Source of the DNA: Camelus dromedarius
Taxonomy: Eukaryota
Reading direction: 5' to 3'
Assembly: GCF_036321535.1 (NCBI RefSeq)
Contig: NC_087437.1
Coordinates: 41,418,001 to 41,482,000 of the forward strand
DNA: 64,000 bases
The translations under genes were made by a program, and so were the position numbers. Below are positions 49,170 through 61,100 of the stretch, piece after piece (position 1 is the stretch's first letter; the number at the start of each line of letters is the position of its first letter). The notes beneath the pieces are model-generated. The model did not search any database and was not told the origin of the DNA. It worked only from the letters and a program-made list of their open reading frames with translations.

Positions 49170-49649
49170 ACCGAGCCCATGGACTTGTGGGATATTCTGC
49201 TCTCCAAGGCTACTCTTCCTTAAAGTATCCAGAACCAAAATTACCTTTTCCTTCCCTTTCTGGCAAACCCACCTCCCATCTTTCCCTGCTCCTGACCTCA
49301 ACTGGTGCTGCTGTCTGCCCTTTCATTTATTTCTAGTTTATTCCTTGTCACATTCCCCAGCTTCCAGTTTCCATATAATCCTGCCTTCCAGCGTCCACCA
49401 CACACACTCACCTTGTAATCTATGGAAACAGGCAGTTAGTTTGCCACCGCTCACAGTGTGTTCTGTGTAAATGGGGAGTTGTGTACAGTGTATACAATGG
49501 GACTGAAGCCCGGAGGTATGGAAAGTCACTGTCCTGGATGAGGCCAGCCAAAGGGAAACCCCATAACTGAATTCCAGTCCTCCTCAAAATTCATCTTTGT
49601 CTTCATTTCTTCCTCCTCCTTGGCATCCTCCTTCCCTTGTAAAGCAAGG

Positions 49650-49860
49650 ATTTAGACCTGGGTTTGTTTGGTGAAACTGTTACTTCCTAGCTGTATGTAC
49701 AATCTTTGGAAGGTTACTTAAGTCTTAGAAGTATTCGTTTTTTTTATTTAGAAAAATGGTAAAATAATAACACTTAGCTCTGGTGTTATCACGTGGACTA
49801 AATGAGACCATAACTGTCAGAGTGCTCATCCAGGCGCAGGCTCAGTAAAAGTTACTTGTT
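49650..49860 (+). mobile_element. MIR SINE
   Basis: 'ttagacctgggttt...tacttcctagctgt...tttggaaggttacttaa...aaaaatggtaaaaataataacact'. Confidence 0.7.
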
Positions 49861-50374
49861 TATATAATTTTTAAGTCTTAGGCTTAGGTTCTTCTTGTAA
49901 AGTCCACATAATCCCTCTGTAAACTGTTTAGAAACTACCTTTATACTCCCTTCAGTTCTCCACACTAATTTCAATTTTTCTCCATACTTTTTAAAACACA
50001 TTTTATTACACTGATTGTTGGAATTCAATTAAAGCAGTCCTTGATGTCTTAAATGAACTTAAATGATCAAATTATTAACATGGACAGTCCTGCTCAAAGG
50101 TCCTGTGCCCATTTTCTACTATAGTTTAGCCTTTGTGTCTCTTAATCTGTAGTCTTTTGACCCTGTGTTTTTATCCATAATAATAATAATAATTACCACT
50201 TACTAAAATGTATTTCATGTCAGATACCTTATTAAGTCGCTTAACCAAATCTCCACAATGGGTTGGTATTATTATTTCCTCAGCTGAGGAAACTGAGGGC
50301 AGGAGTTTTTAAATACATTGCCCAAGACTTCAAACCCTGTAATGTTGAATCCAGAGATGCCTTATTCTAAAACC

Positions 50375-50990
50375 CATTCCTACCCCTCACCCCAGGTAAC
50401 CACTAACCTACTTTTTGTCTCTAGTCACACAATCTTTGTGCATGAGATTTGCCTATTCTGGATATTTCATGTTGATGGAATCATATAATATGTGACCATT
50501 TATAACTGGTCTCTTTGACCCAGCATCGTATTTTCCAGGTCTATCCATGTTGTATGTAGGATGCATCAGTACTTCATTGCTTTTATGGCTGAATGACTTT
50601 CCATTGTACAGATAGACTACATTTGCTTAGCTCTTCATCAGATGATGGACATTGAATTGTTTCCATTTTGCCTATTATGAAGACTGCAGCTGTGAACATT
50701 TGTGTAAAAAGCTTTTATATGAAGATATGTTTTCAATTCTCTTACTAGAAGTGGGATTGCTGGGTAATCATATGGGAAGTGAAAGTTTAATTTAAGAAAC
50801 TGCCAACCTGTTTTCTAAAGTGGCTGTATCATTTTGCATTCACCAGCAATGTACAAGGGTTCTAGTTTCTCCACTTTCTTGTCAACACTTGTTATTGTCC
50901 ATTTTTTCATTATAGTCATTCTAGTGGATATGAAGTGATCTCACAGTACAATTTTGATTTGCATTTCCGTAAGGACTAATGACATTGAGA
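50375..50990 (-). mobile_element. L1MB-like LINE-1 3' region
   Basis: 'ccccaggtaaccactaacctac...tttgcctattctggatatttcat...aagaaactgccaacctgttttctaaagtggctgtatcattttgcatt...ttttgatttgcatttcc'. Confidence 0.88.
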
Positions 50991-51197
50991 CCGCTATCTA
51001 ATTTTATGTTAGTATTTTTTGGGTGAAAATATAATGCCAAGGTTCGGGGGATGCTGAGTGAGAAATGGTCTAGACAAATATTTCCCCTGTCTTTAATTCA
51101 CATTCCAAATTTAACATTTAAAATATTAATTTGCTTTTCTGCATTAGCTGGAAACAAAGCTTTGTCCTTGTTGCGTGTATGTGTGTGTGTTTGGCTG

Positions 51198-51228
<31 letters not shown>

Positions 51229-51271
51229 TTAATGAAGGGGTTTAGGTGAAAAAGTAACATGTATAGATACT

Positions 51272-51774
51272 GGTGGTGTCTGAACCACATATTCTCAGCC
51301 CACTGACTTCAGGGCAACTGCACTGGCCAGTTACACGTACATACTTCCTGTGCTTCCCTTGAGTGCATGTGCCCTGCAGGGTCTGTTTTGAGCCTCGGAG
51401 CTTTCTCCACAGCCACAGAAGGCTGCTGAGTCAGATCCCAGAGCCCAGAATTGCAGAGGAAGGAGAGAGTCAGAGGATGCAGCCTCCAGTCAGTAGGGCT
51501 GGAAGTTGATGGACAAACTCCCCGGCCTCGCAAGTCTTGATGGGACAATTCCGGGGCGTGGTCTACTCTGTCCTTAGAAACACCTAGTAGTAGTGAGCCA
51601 TAGTTGCTCACGGCAGAAACCCACTTCTTAACAAGCACTTAATTGGCATTTCTTCTTTCCCTATTTCACGTCCCAACTCCCACATCTCTTCTTCCTGGGA
51701 TCACCTCACACATAAGCTCCCTGCTCACATGACTTCATTCCAGTCTTTGATTTCAGGGATACCCAAATTAAGCA
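51272..51774 (+). mobile_element. ERVL solo LTR (LTR16-like)
   Basis: 'ggagctttctccacagccacagaagg...tggaagttgatggacaaactccccggcctc...tgggacaattccggggcgtggtctac...cttcctgggatcacctc...gggatacccaaattaagca' resembles the LTR16 family. Confidence 0.7.
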
Positions 51775-52609
51775 AAATTATGTAAATGAAAAATGGCTGA
51801 AAGTCAGCATTAACTGGTTGAAAAGTTAGAAACTATTTGCTTTGAAGAATCCCTTGTTATTTTTCCCCTGGGGACCTAAAGTTTTAACTTTTTTCACAGA
51901 ATAAATTGTATTTGGAAAGTAATAACAAATGTTGTTTGAAGGGCAAAGACAATCTGCTTTAAATACCAGTGTTTCCCACCGAGGTAAAATCACTTTTGCC
52001 AAAAGGCAACCAAGACTAGAATTTTAACTACCCCACCTTACCCTATTGTGGCTACATGTGTGTGTTATTAGATTTGTTCAAAACAGTTAACAAAATAGGA
52101 TTATTACTACTATATTAATGATCAAATTGGCATGCGGTACATGGGTGTACTCCAGATGCTGGGAATTCCATGCTGGCAAGTTGTTCACATGGAGGACTTT
52201 TGGGGGACCAGGGAGCAGGGCAGTATCCACCCTTACATTCTAGCTGCCTTCAGAGCTTTATATGGCCCTGTCGCTTGCTGCCCCTTCTTTGACTTGTGGT
52301 ATCTCAGCGTGGCTTGCTGGCCATGAGCATTTCACAACTCCCCTGCCTATGTTATCTTAAGTCTGCACTCTTCCTACTCGACCCAGGCTTGGTAGCTCTG
52401 TTCGGCCATACCTCCACACGTGCTCACTACTCCATCCGTCCAAACTGCCATCTCTGCTAAGCTGAGAAATGACAAGTTTGTCTGAGATGGGATAGAAACA
52501 TGGCATGCACTTCCAAGTCCTGGATTCCAGGTCCAGCTCTCTCCTCCTAGCCTTGAGATATTGGGCAACGCAGAATCTCTCTGAACTCTATTTCCTCATT
52601 TTATATAAC

Positions 52610-52892
52610 TAAGACTTTTTTTAGAGCAGTTTTAGGCTCACAGAAAAATTGAGGAGAAATTATAGACGTGTCCGGTGTATCTCCTGCCCTCACCCATGCA
52701 CGGCCTCCCCTGTTATTGACCTCCCCCCTCAGAGTGGTACAGCTGTTACAAACGATGCATCAGCACTGACACATCATAGTCCCTCAAAGTCCATAGTTAA
52801 CATTACAGTTCATTCTTGGTGTTGTACATTCTATGGATTTGGACAAATGTATAATAGCACATTATGGTATCACGCAGAGTAGTTTCCCTGCC
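52610..52892 (-). mobile_element. L1MC-like 3' end
   Basis: 'tttttagagcagttttaggctcacagaaaaattgag...cagagtggtaca...aaagtccatagttaacattacagttcattcttggtgttgtacattctatggatttggacaaatgtata'. Confidence 0.8.
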
Positions 52893-53184
52893 GTCATATT
52901 TCCTCATCTTAGCTGTGGCAATAACATGCCTGGTTCTGAATCCTCACAGGATTTGAGAAGATAAAAATGACTTAATAAACGATAAAGGCAAGAAAGTTCA
53001 TTGTAAGTGTTGTTTTGAGAGTGAAAAATTAAGATTAGATTTAATCGAAAAATCTAAATACAGCAGCTCAGATAAATAAGTTATGATGTAATCAAGAGAA
53101 TATTTGCAATCATTAAAAATTATGTTGGAGAATAGTTAAAGGTATTAGAAAATTAAGTGAAAAAAAATTACAAACAATATCAAC

Positions 53185-53405
53185 AAGCAGAGGTTACCAG
53201 AGTCTGGGGAAAGGGAGAAGTGGGGAGTTATTATTTTAAGGGTATAGAATTTCTGTTTAAGATGATGAAAAGTTCTGGAAATGGATAGTAGTGATGGCTA
53301 CACAACATTGTGAATAGACTTAATACCACTAAATTGTACACTTAGAAGTGGCTAAAATGGTAAATTTCATGCCATGTATATTTTACCACAATTAAAAAAA
53401 AAATT
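53185..53405 (+). mobile_element. L1MB-like 3' terminus
   Basis: 'ggttaccagagtctgggg...gatgatgaaaagttctggaaatggatagtagtgatggctacacaacattgtgaatagacttaataccactaaattgtacactta...ttttaccacaattaaaaaaa'. Confidence 0.85.
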
Positions 53406-53949
53406 AAAGTAACTGGAAGGTTGCAGGAAGTTCTTCAGAGGTCAAAACAATTCTCACATAAAGCCATAGTGGTTTCTTACAGTTTGCTTTTGTTCTAATT
53501 ATGAAGTGCATATAATTGAATGTTCTATTAAATTATTTACCAAAATTTTCAGCACAAAGAAAAGTGTTTGGTTTAAACATACACACATATATGTACAGAA
53601 TGACCCTATTCTTTAAATGTCATCTGTCTATAATTATATCTACATCTATATATCTATATGTATATACACACACTACATACATACCTGCTTTTTCTAAATT
53701 TTCTGAGATGAATATATATTGCTCCTACACCAAAACTTTATTGATAAAAAAGTATGAAGCACTATATAAATCATAAGGAACTTCTATTAGTAACATAATG
53801 GTTTTGGCCTATCACAGTGTAGAATATGCAACAGTTTCTAAAGATATCTGTCTCTGGTCATCTCCAAGATGGTGGATGACTTTAATCGGCAGGCAAAGAA
53901 AGTTGTATGTGCAAAGCTTGAAAAGTGATGGACTATGTGGCTCATTTGA

Positions 53950-55400
53950 GGCCTTTAAACAAGATCACTATGTTTGGAGCATTAAGTCTGTGAGTGGGTG
54001 GTGTTGAGAGCAGACGGCTGGGGATGAGTCTGGAGAGGTAGGCAGGTAACAAAGGAACAGTTAACAAATTAGACTTTGGACTTTATCTTAAGGACAATGG
54101 CAAACCATTACTAGGTGTTAAGTCAGTGATAATTAGATTAGCATATTAGAAAGATTATGATATTTGCATCATGGCAGATGGACTAGTGAGGAGCAAGCCT
54201 GGAGACAGAGAGGTTAATTATGAGGCTCTTGCAGCCACACAAGCCACGTGGACAGGGATGGTCACAGTGAGTATAAAGAAGACACATCAAGAAGGTGGAA
54301 CTCTTGTGGCCTGAGTATTGATTGGATACTGAGAGTGAGAGCAAGAACTAAGTAGGAGGCCTCCTCATTTTAGCCTTGGGCAACGGAGAGGTGCTTGGGT
54401 CACCTATTGAGATAGGAAGCAAGTAGGAGCTTGTTTGAGAAGTTTGTTTGGGAAAGCAACAAGTTTAGCCTGGGACCTGATGAGTTTGAGATACTTGTGC
54501 AGTTGGAAATAAGGAAGTGGAAAACTCAGAAGAGGGGTCAGAAGTCAGCAGAACATGGAGGGTGACTGAAGCCATAAGAGTAGATAAACTTTTTCAGGAA
54601 AAGATGCAGAGAAAATGTTTTCAGTTTTCTTGGAGGTAAAGGAGTGAGAATCTGATGACCCTATGAATGTTTTCTCCAGAAATATCTTCAAAGAATTTGG
54701 CTGTTAAGAGGATGGAAGAAATTAGCAGCTGAGCATTGTCATGGGATCAAGAAAAAGTTCTTTTTCAGTTGGGAGAGACCGGGGTTTAAACAAGAAGCAA
54801 GGGAGTGATTAAAGAAACAGGAGAGAGGAGGAGTAATCAGGAGACCAAGCCCTTGGAAAGGGACAAAGAGACAGGCTACACAGCAAAAGGCATGGGTCTT
54901 AGGCAGAAGTAGGAAGAACTTTCTAAAGACAGGAAACAAGGAGGAAAGACTAAAAGAGAATGCACGCGAGTTTGTCAGTTGCACAGCTGGAAGCTGAAGG
55001 CTCTTCTATCGGATGACTTCTCTGGACTCAGGGAGTAGGAGGTGAAGTCCTCTATAATGAGAGTGAGCAGAGGTCAGAGGTCTGTGAAATGGCAACTGCA
55101 GGCATTGGGGGATGAGATCCGGAAGACATCATAGGATTTCTAGGCTATGGAAGCCCAGCTGAATATGGGGACCAGGCTTTAGAGTGGCAACAGTCTGGAT
55201 GGTTTTCTGCAGCAAACTGCAGATCTTTGGTGCAAGTGAGAGGAAAGGAACAGCTCAATTCTTTGAAGGCTATAGGTTTGCCAAGAATTGTGAGTAAAGG
55301 ACAGAGGGGCAAAGGAGATGAGGAGTCAAATAAGAATTGACCATAGAATGATGTACCAGTTGCCAAAGCTGTATAGAAAAAAAGTGACGTCAGGAAGGAA
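53950..55400 (-). mobile_element. Long degenerate L2 LINE segment
   Basis: Purine-rich, with antisense L2 motifs ('gatgagtctggagaggtaggcagg', 'gactttggactttatcttaaggacaatgg', 'tgactgaagccataagagtagat', 'ttcaaagaatttggctgttaagagg'). Confidence 0.65.
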
Positions 55401-55511
55401 ATAATGGAAAGAGAAAATGAAACTATCCAGGGATTGAAAGTATCGAAGTATCACCCAGCCAACCAATCTATGTGCTCCGCGGTTCATTTTTCAAAAAGCC
55501 TTTTTTTCATT

Positions 55512-55674
55512 TATTTTTATTTATTTTTTATTTTTAAAATTTTTAGGGGGAAGGCAATTACTTTTTTAATTAATTAACTAATTAATTAACCTATTAATGG
55601 AGGTACTGGGGATTGAACCTGGGACCTCATGCGTGCTAAGCATGCACTCTACCACTGAGATATATCTTCTCCCC
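55512..55674 (-). mobile_element. tRNA-Ala-derived SINE (camelid vic-1-like)
   Basis: Reverse complement head GGGGAGAAGATATATCTCAGTGGTAGAGTGCATGCTTAGCACGCATGAGGTCCCAGGTTCAATCCCCAGTACCTCCA, then (TTAA)n, a C-run and an A-rich tail; same layout as the 19229 copy. Confidence 0.9.
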
Positions 55675-56130
55675 TTTTTCTCATTTTTGCCATTTTTTTA
55701 AAATTACCAAGTGTCTTGATATAACTGTGCTATAGTTTTATTATGAAAACTTGGCCAGCACACTGAAACTAAGAGAAGCCATTTGAAATCAAATTCCTTG
55801 CCCCAACGTAATAGCAAAGACAACTGTATAATCATTCATTTGTCTTTCAGATATTGGACCAGAATTAACCAGTGAAATAAATCTTCCTTCCCCAGGCTCA
55901 AGACCAATATTACATTGTACAAGTAGGCTGTAGACTTGGTATTAGATAATATTGGAGATTTCCAAATATTCTTCTGTGTATAATACTTATGTAAGTCAAG
56001 ATCCTTAATTTTAGAAGATGCTTGCTAAAGTATAGGGAGGTGAACTGCCAGCATATCTGCAACTTATTTTCAAATGGTTTTGAAAAAAAAATTGTAAAAT
56101 AAAGCAAATATAGCAAAATGCTGTTTGATC

Positions 56131-56358
56131 GAAGCTATTCTCAATGGGAAAAGGGAATGATTTTACTTCCCAGGAAATATTTGGCGATGTTTGGAGACAT
56201 TTCTGGCTGTCACAAGTTCAGGGTGGTGGTGCTATTGGCATCTAGTGGGTGGAAGCCAGGAATGCTGCTAAGCATCCTACGGTGCACAGGACAGCCCCCA
56301 ACAGCAAAAAAAATTTATCTGTACACAAGTGTCCTAGTGCCATGGATGAGAAACCCTG
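56131..56358 (+). mobile_element. MER20 (hAT-Charlie), inserted in an old L1 3' fragment
   Basis: 'atttggcgatgtttggagacatttctggctgtcacaa...gctattggcatctagtgggtggaagccaggaatgctgctaagcatcctacggtgcacaggacagcccc...tgagaaaccctg'. Confidence 0.88.
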
Positions 56359-56829
56359 TTCCTGGTGGTAGATTCATGGATGATAATGGTGCTAGTGCTA
56401 GTCTTTCAAATGTCAAAAATATTTTAAATTTTTATTAAAGAAACTTTAAAACAAAAACTAAAGTATGGGGGGGGAGGAAAATATGTCTTTTCTAAGAAGT
56501 CAGCAGTGAATTATTTTTGATGATGGCAGAGTGCTGTTTTGAGCGTGGTGATGCTCTTGGAAACCATGACTTTTAGGTAGATGGCTGGAAACCATTCTTT
56601 ATCTTTCTTCAATCAATCAAAATATACCGTTGTCTTTATTCAGTATTTGAGTTTTTGTGCAAAATGTTTTAAAAGTGAAAAGGGAAGCAAAGGAGAGAAG
56701 AATAGACATTTGTAAATCACTGACTATGACCCAGGCAGCATGCTGGGCACTTTTTGTACAGAATCCTGTCTGGCTTGAGGTCAGCTGGCACAGATTTAAG
56801 ATTTAGTTGTCTCATACAGTGACTAATTA

Positions 56830-57255
56830 GATTCATTCAATCATTTATTTCTCCATTCAACAAACCTTTATTAGACACTGACTGTGTTCCAACCACTATA
56901 CTAGGCCCTAGGAATACAGAAATAAATGAAGTACACTCCTTGATCTCAGGAAGCTTACAGCTTACTGAGGGGGAGAGACATGTTAATACTGAGCACTGGG
57001 AAATGTTCCTTCTTAGAGGAATGGACAGGTTTCTCTAGGAGCACTTAGGTGGGCAACCAACCCAAAGAAAACTTCTTAGACCTGGGGTAGTGAGGAGTAA
57101 ATTAACTCAAGGGATGCTGAGACAAGAATGGAATGAATGAGTAGTGAGCAGTGTGGGGAGAAGGGCAGAGTTTGAAGCTGGAGATCGGACTGGAGGGTGT
57201 TCCAGGCAGGTGGAAAGACAGGATAAAGGCCTAGAAGTAAGCGAGAAGGAGTAGA
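56830..57255 (-). mobile_element. L2 3' region
   Basis: 'ttcattcaatcattt...cattcaacaaacctttattagacactgactgtgttccaaccactatactaggccctaggaatacagaaat'. Confidence 0.75.
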
Positions 57256-57263
57256 ATGCCTTA

Positions 57264-57433
57264 GAGTGGTTCTCCAGCATGAGCATGCTTCAGAAATCGC
57301 CTGGATGGCTTGTTAAAGCCACATTATAGTGTTGATTCAGTGGGTCTAGGTGGAGCCCAAGAATTTCATTTCTAAGAAGTACTGAAGTGATGCTGATGCT
57401 GCTGGCTCAGGGACCACACTTTGAAAACCACTG
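57264..57433 (+). mobile_element. MER5A (hAT-Charlie)
   Basis: 'agtggtttctcc...cctggatggcttgttaaa...tgattcagtgggtctaggtggagcccaagaattt...gatgctgatgctgctgg...gggaccacactttgaaaaccactg'. Confidence 0.85.
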
Positions 57434-57599
57434 CCTTGGAGAAACTGCAGGTGGTTGGATAGAGTTGGAGCTGAAGTTATGATTAGGGGTTAGAATAGTG
57501 ACCATGCTGAGGAGTTTAGACTAAGTTATGGAACCAATAGGGAGCTATTGAAATGTTTTCACTACTGAAGTGTTTTAATGCTCAGTCTCTCTCAGCTCT

Positions 57600-58110
57600 T
57601 GTATCAGAGTTCTCCAGAGGAACAGAACCAATAGAATATAGATAGATAGATATGAGAGGAGATTTTTTTATAGGAATTGGCTCACAAAATTATGGAGGCC
57701 AGGAAGTCCTGAGAGCTGCTGTCCTAAACTGGAGACCGTGGAAAGCCAGTGGTATAATTCAATCGAAGTCTGAAGTCCTGAGGACAGGGAACCCGTCTGA
57801 GTCTGACATCTCAATCTCAACACCTGAGAACCAGGAGTTCTGATGTCCAGGGGCAAGGATAGATGAATGCCTCAGCTCAAGCAGAGAGAAGGAATTCACC
57901 CTTCCTCCACCTTCTGTTCTATTCAGGCCCTCAACAGATTGGATGGCACCCACCTGCAGTGGTGAGAGCAATATTTTTCACCCAGTCTATTGATTCAAAT
58001 GCTCATCTCCTCTGAAGTCGGGCTTATTAATACACCCAGAAATTATGCTTTACCAGTTATCTGGGCATCCCTTAGCCCAGTGAGGTTGGCATATAAAATT
58101 AAACATCATA
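57600..58110 (-). mobile_element. ERVL solo LTR (MLT2B/D-like)
   Basis: 'tgtatcagagttctccagaggaacagaaccaatag...taggaattggctcac...ttctattcaggccctcaacagattggatggcacccacc...ggcatataaaattaaacatcata'. Confidence 0.85.
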
Positions 58111-61100
58111 GGCCATAGTTTTTCACCTGTAATATAGGAGACTAGTAACTATCAAACTACCTCTCAGGATTCTTTCAAGAATTATTATTTATATAATTTA
58201 TATAAATTCTGATCACTGTATAGACATCAGAGATAATTATTATAATCAACTCATTTATGCTTGTCAATGATGCCTCAATAAAGCTGGAAAAAAACCTCAT
58301 TTAGAGCCAAACACACTCATTTTCCAGACAACAAAACTGAGGTACACCAGGCAGAGATGCTACCAGCCAAAGCACCCTGGGCCTGACCCTGCACACTCAC
58401 GCCTGCACCGTCCTGCCCCTCCCTGCCACTCCAGTCCAAAGGAAGTGTCTCACAGGGTCATAAAATCCATCCTCCCCCAACTGTCATCCTGACTTCCTCT
58501 TGACCACTGGGTGGTCAAGGTTGATTGTCCCAGTTTGGAATCTTAGAGAATGACTCACCAAGAAGTTAAACATGTAACGTAGTTGAGCAAGGGCAGCTGG
58601 TAAAGTTGAGGTCAGAAAGTCAAGCCCATGAATTCACTGTGCCACCCACTAGATCATACTTGAGGTCCAAGAACAGGTTTGGGGTTGTCTCTGCCAGGAA
58701 GAAGCTAGGGTCTGAGACTGGCTCAGTCAGCAACCCAAACCCAAAGGTGAACTCCGAAGCTTCACTGCTGAGAACTGCTGTTAAGAAAAGTAAAATTGTT
58801 CGAAGAATTGGAATCTTGTGCCTTCCTATTAATGAGCTGCAAGAAATTCTGCTTTTTTTTTCACACTTGCTATGACTTTACAGTTTAGACTTTGTTTTTA
58901 CTTTCACTTTCTCATTGAATTCTCATGGGCGGTATTTCTGTCCCACTTTACAAATGAGACATTCAGTGACATACAGGATGACACATCCAGCCAGCCTTTA
59001 GATTCCAAATCCTCTGCATTGAACTCCACCAAAACATTTATGTGAAACAAGTGTGACATGGGTCAACTGTTTTCAGTAGTATATATATGTGTGTGTGTGT
59101 TTTATATACTTTTATTTCCTCATCTTCTCTTGGCAATACTACTTGTTTACTTCATCTGCTTTTTAAATTTGTTTTGATTTGTCTCTGTTTAACCACCTAT
59201 AATCTAGTCATAGATATTGGAGAGTATTTCTGGTGGAAATAATCTGTGAAATATTAGGTTTTAAAACAGTAGGAATTTGTGTTTTGATGGAATGACAAAA
59301 AAAATGTAGGTTCAATGGTGAAAACTCTGCCTGGTAAAAAGAACATTCAGTTGGTCACAAGATCTATCTTGATTTTTTTCTTTTCAATTAAAGACACAAA
59401 AGTTCTGGAGCTTCTGAAACGTTTTCCACAAGTAACACCCATGAGGACTTTGAGGGCCATCAGAGTGCTAACGTAAAGTGAAATGAGAAGCCTTGAAAGG
59501 CACCCTCGACAGCCAGAATAATCTGGCTCAATAATCTATAAAGGCCTCGAGGTTGGATAGAGATCAGAATTCAAATTCAGCAGGCCCCCAGAGGCAGCAA
59601 CTGGAGAGACTTCTACCAGTCTCTCCAGCAGTGGGAGAGGTGCATACCTCACTGAAGCATTTTAAGCATTTCTGAATAACATCTGGCATGCATGGAGACT
59701 CCTCATAGTCATCAATCTTTCCTCTTACAAAGATCATACATAGTTGAGCTTATGAAAACCTGCGCCCTACAGAGGGTCTGTGTTTTTTAAATCCAGGATA
59801 CTTTCTTTAAAGAAAATATTACTATTTTGCTTGGAATCATAAACCTTGATGCCGAGACACAGTGCATAGATCATTGGGGTGAAGAATGGATAATTTGCCC
59901 AGAGTCACCCAGCCAAGAGGGACCCTGGTTTCTTGGCTTCCTAATTTGGTGCTTTCATTATAGTTCTGAGGACATAAAAGAGACTCAAACAAGAATAACA
60001 CAAAATATGTAATGGCTCGGTGAAAATGCTTACAATATATTGTGGTGTAAAGAAAGCACATACTGTAATATCTATCATGTGATTCTTTTGGTGGGGGAAA
60101 AGGGAATGCCTGTGTGCTGGGCTCAGAAAGGCTGGGAAGGTGTTAGCAGGCCTGACAGCTCTAGGTGGGGCAATTCACTAGACTTGCTTCCTTCCTCTTT
60201 GAGGTCTTTTTTTTTTTTTTTTTTTTCCAGATTTTTATAATAAAAAAAATAGTACTTTGATAATCAGAAAGAAATTAATGTTATAAACAAAGGGTTAAAA
60301 GCATCCAAGGAAGAAGGTCAAAGAGGCACATTTCAAAAGTATAGAGACAAGTAACATTAGAACTCTTTTTTCCAAAGGATGGGGAGTGAGAGGACTGCAT
60401 CTGTAGAAGTGAAGCATTTGACTAGAACCAGGCTTCAGGATGGCTAGGGCAGATGGACGGACAGATACCTAAGAACAAACACATGGGCCACAAGGCAAAC
60501 ATTCAGAAATAAAACAGTGAGAGCCTCCCTTTACTGGGGAAGGTCAGCTCACTTCCCACTGCTCTTAGCATCTAAACGATTGGGAAATATGAAGCGGTGA
60601 ACCCCTGTATTCACTTCCCTGGAGGCATAGAATAGTCCTCTGGACCCGATGCTATAGAAGGAGGCTGATTCTTCACCATGAGATCTCTCATGGCTACTCC
60701 ATTTCTTCTTCCTAGCTTGGCTGTGTAGCTGATACTCAAAACTAGCAAAGAGCAGGGAAAAGAAGTGAAAATAAGTACATAAATGGATGGGTGGGTGGAC
60801 GGATGGATAAGCTACCTTCATTTACGGCTTCCTGTTTACTTGCCAGATCCTAATTTACATGCTGTGTGATCTCTAAACTTTGGCATTGTTCCATTGTCTC
60901 TAACCTCAACAGGAAGGAATTATTATTCCAGTTCAGAGGTGCTAAAACTGAGGCTGAGGGAGGTTGACGTACGAAAAGAGAGCAGGATTAGAAGCCAGGC
61001 CTGTCAGCTGTAAGACCCACGCCCCTTCCAAGGCCACGGCCCCCTTCTCTGCATGCTGGGAGGGCCCTACCCCCACCTTCTCCGTGGACGGAGGAGACAT

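Noticed and set aside
51372..51385. Short match (ccctgcagggtc) to a possible start of TNIK exon 2
   Set aside because: It lies upstream of exon 1, inside an LTR, and does not extend.
58499..58519. 9-bp stem hairpin CTTGACCAC-tgg-GTGGTCAAG
   Set aside because: Short enough to be expected by chance in 64 kb.
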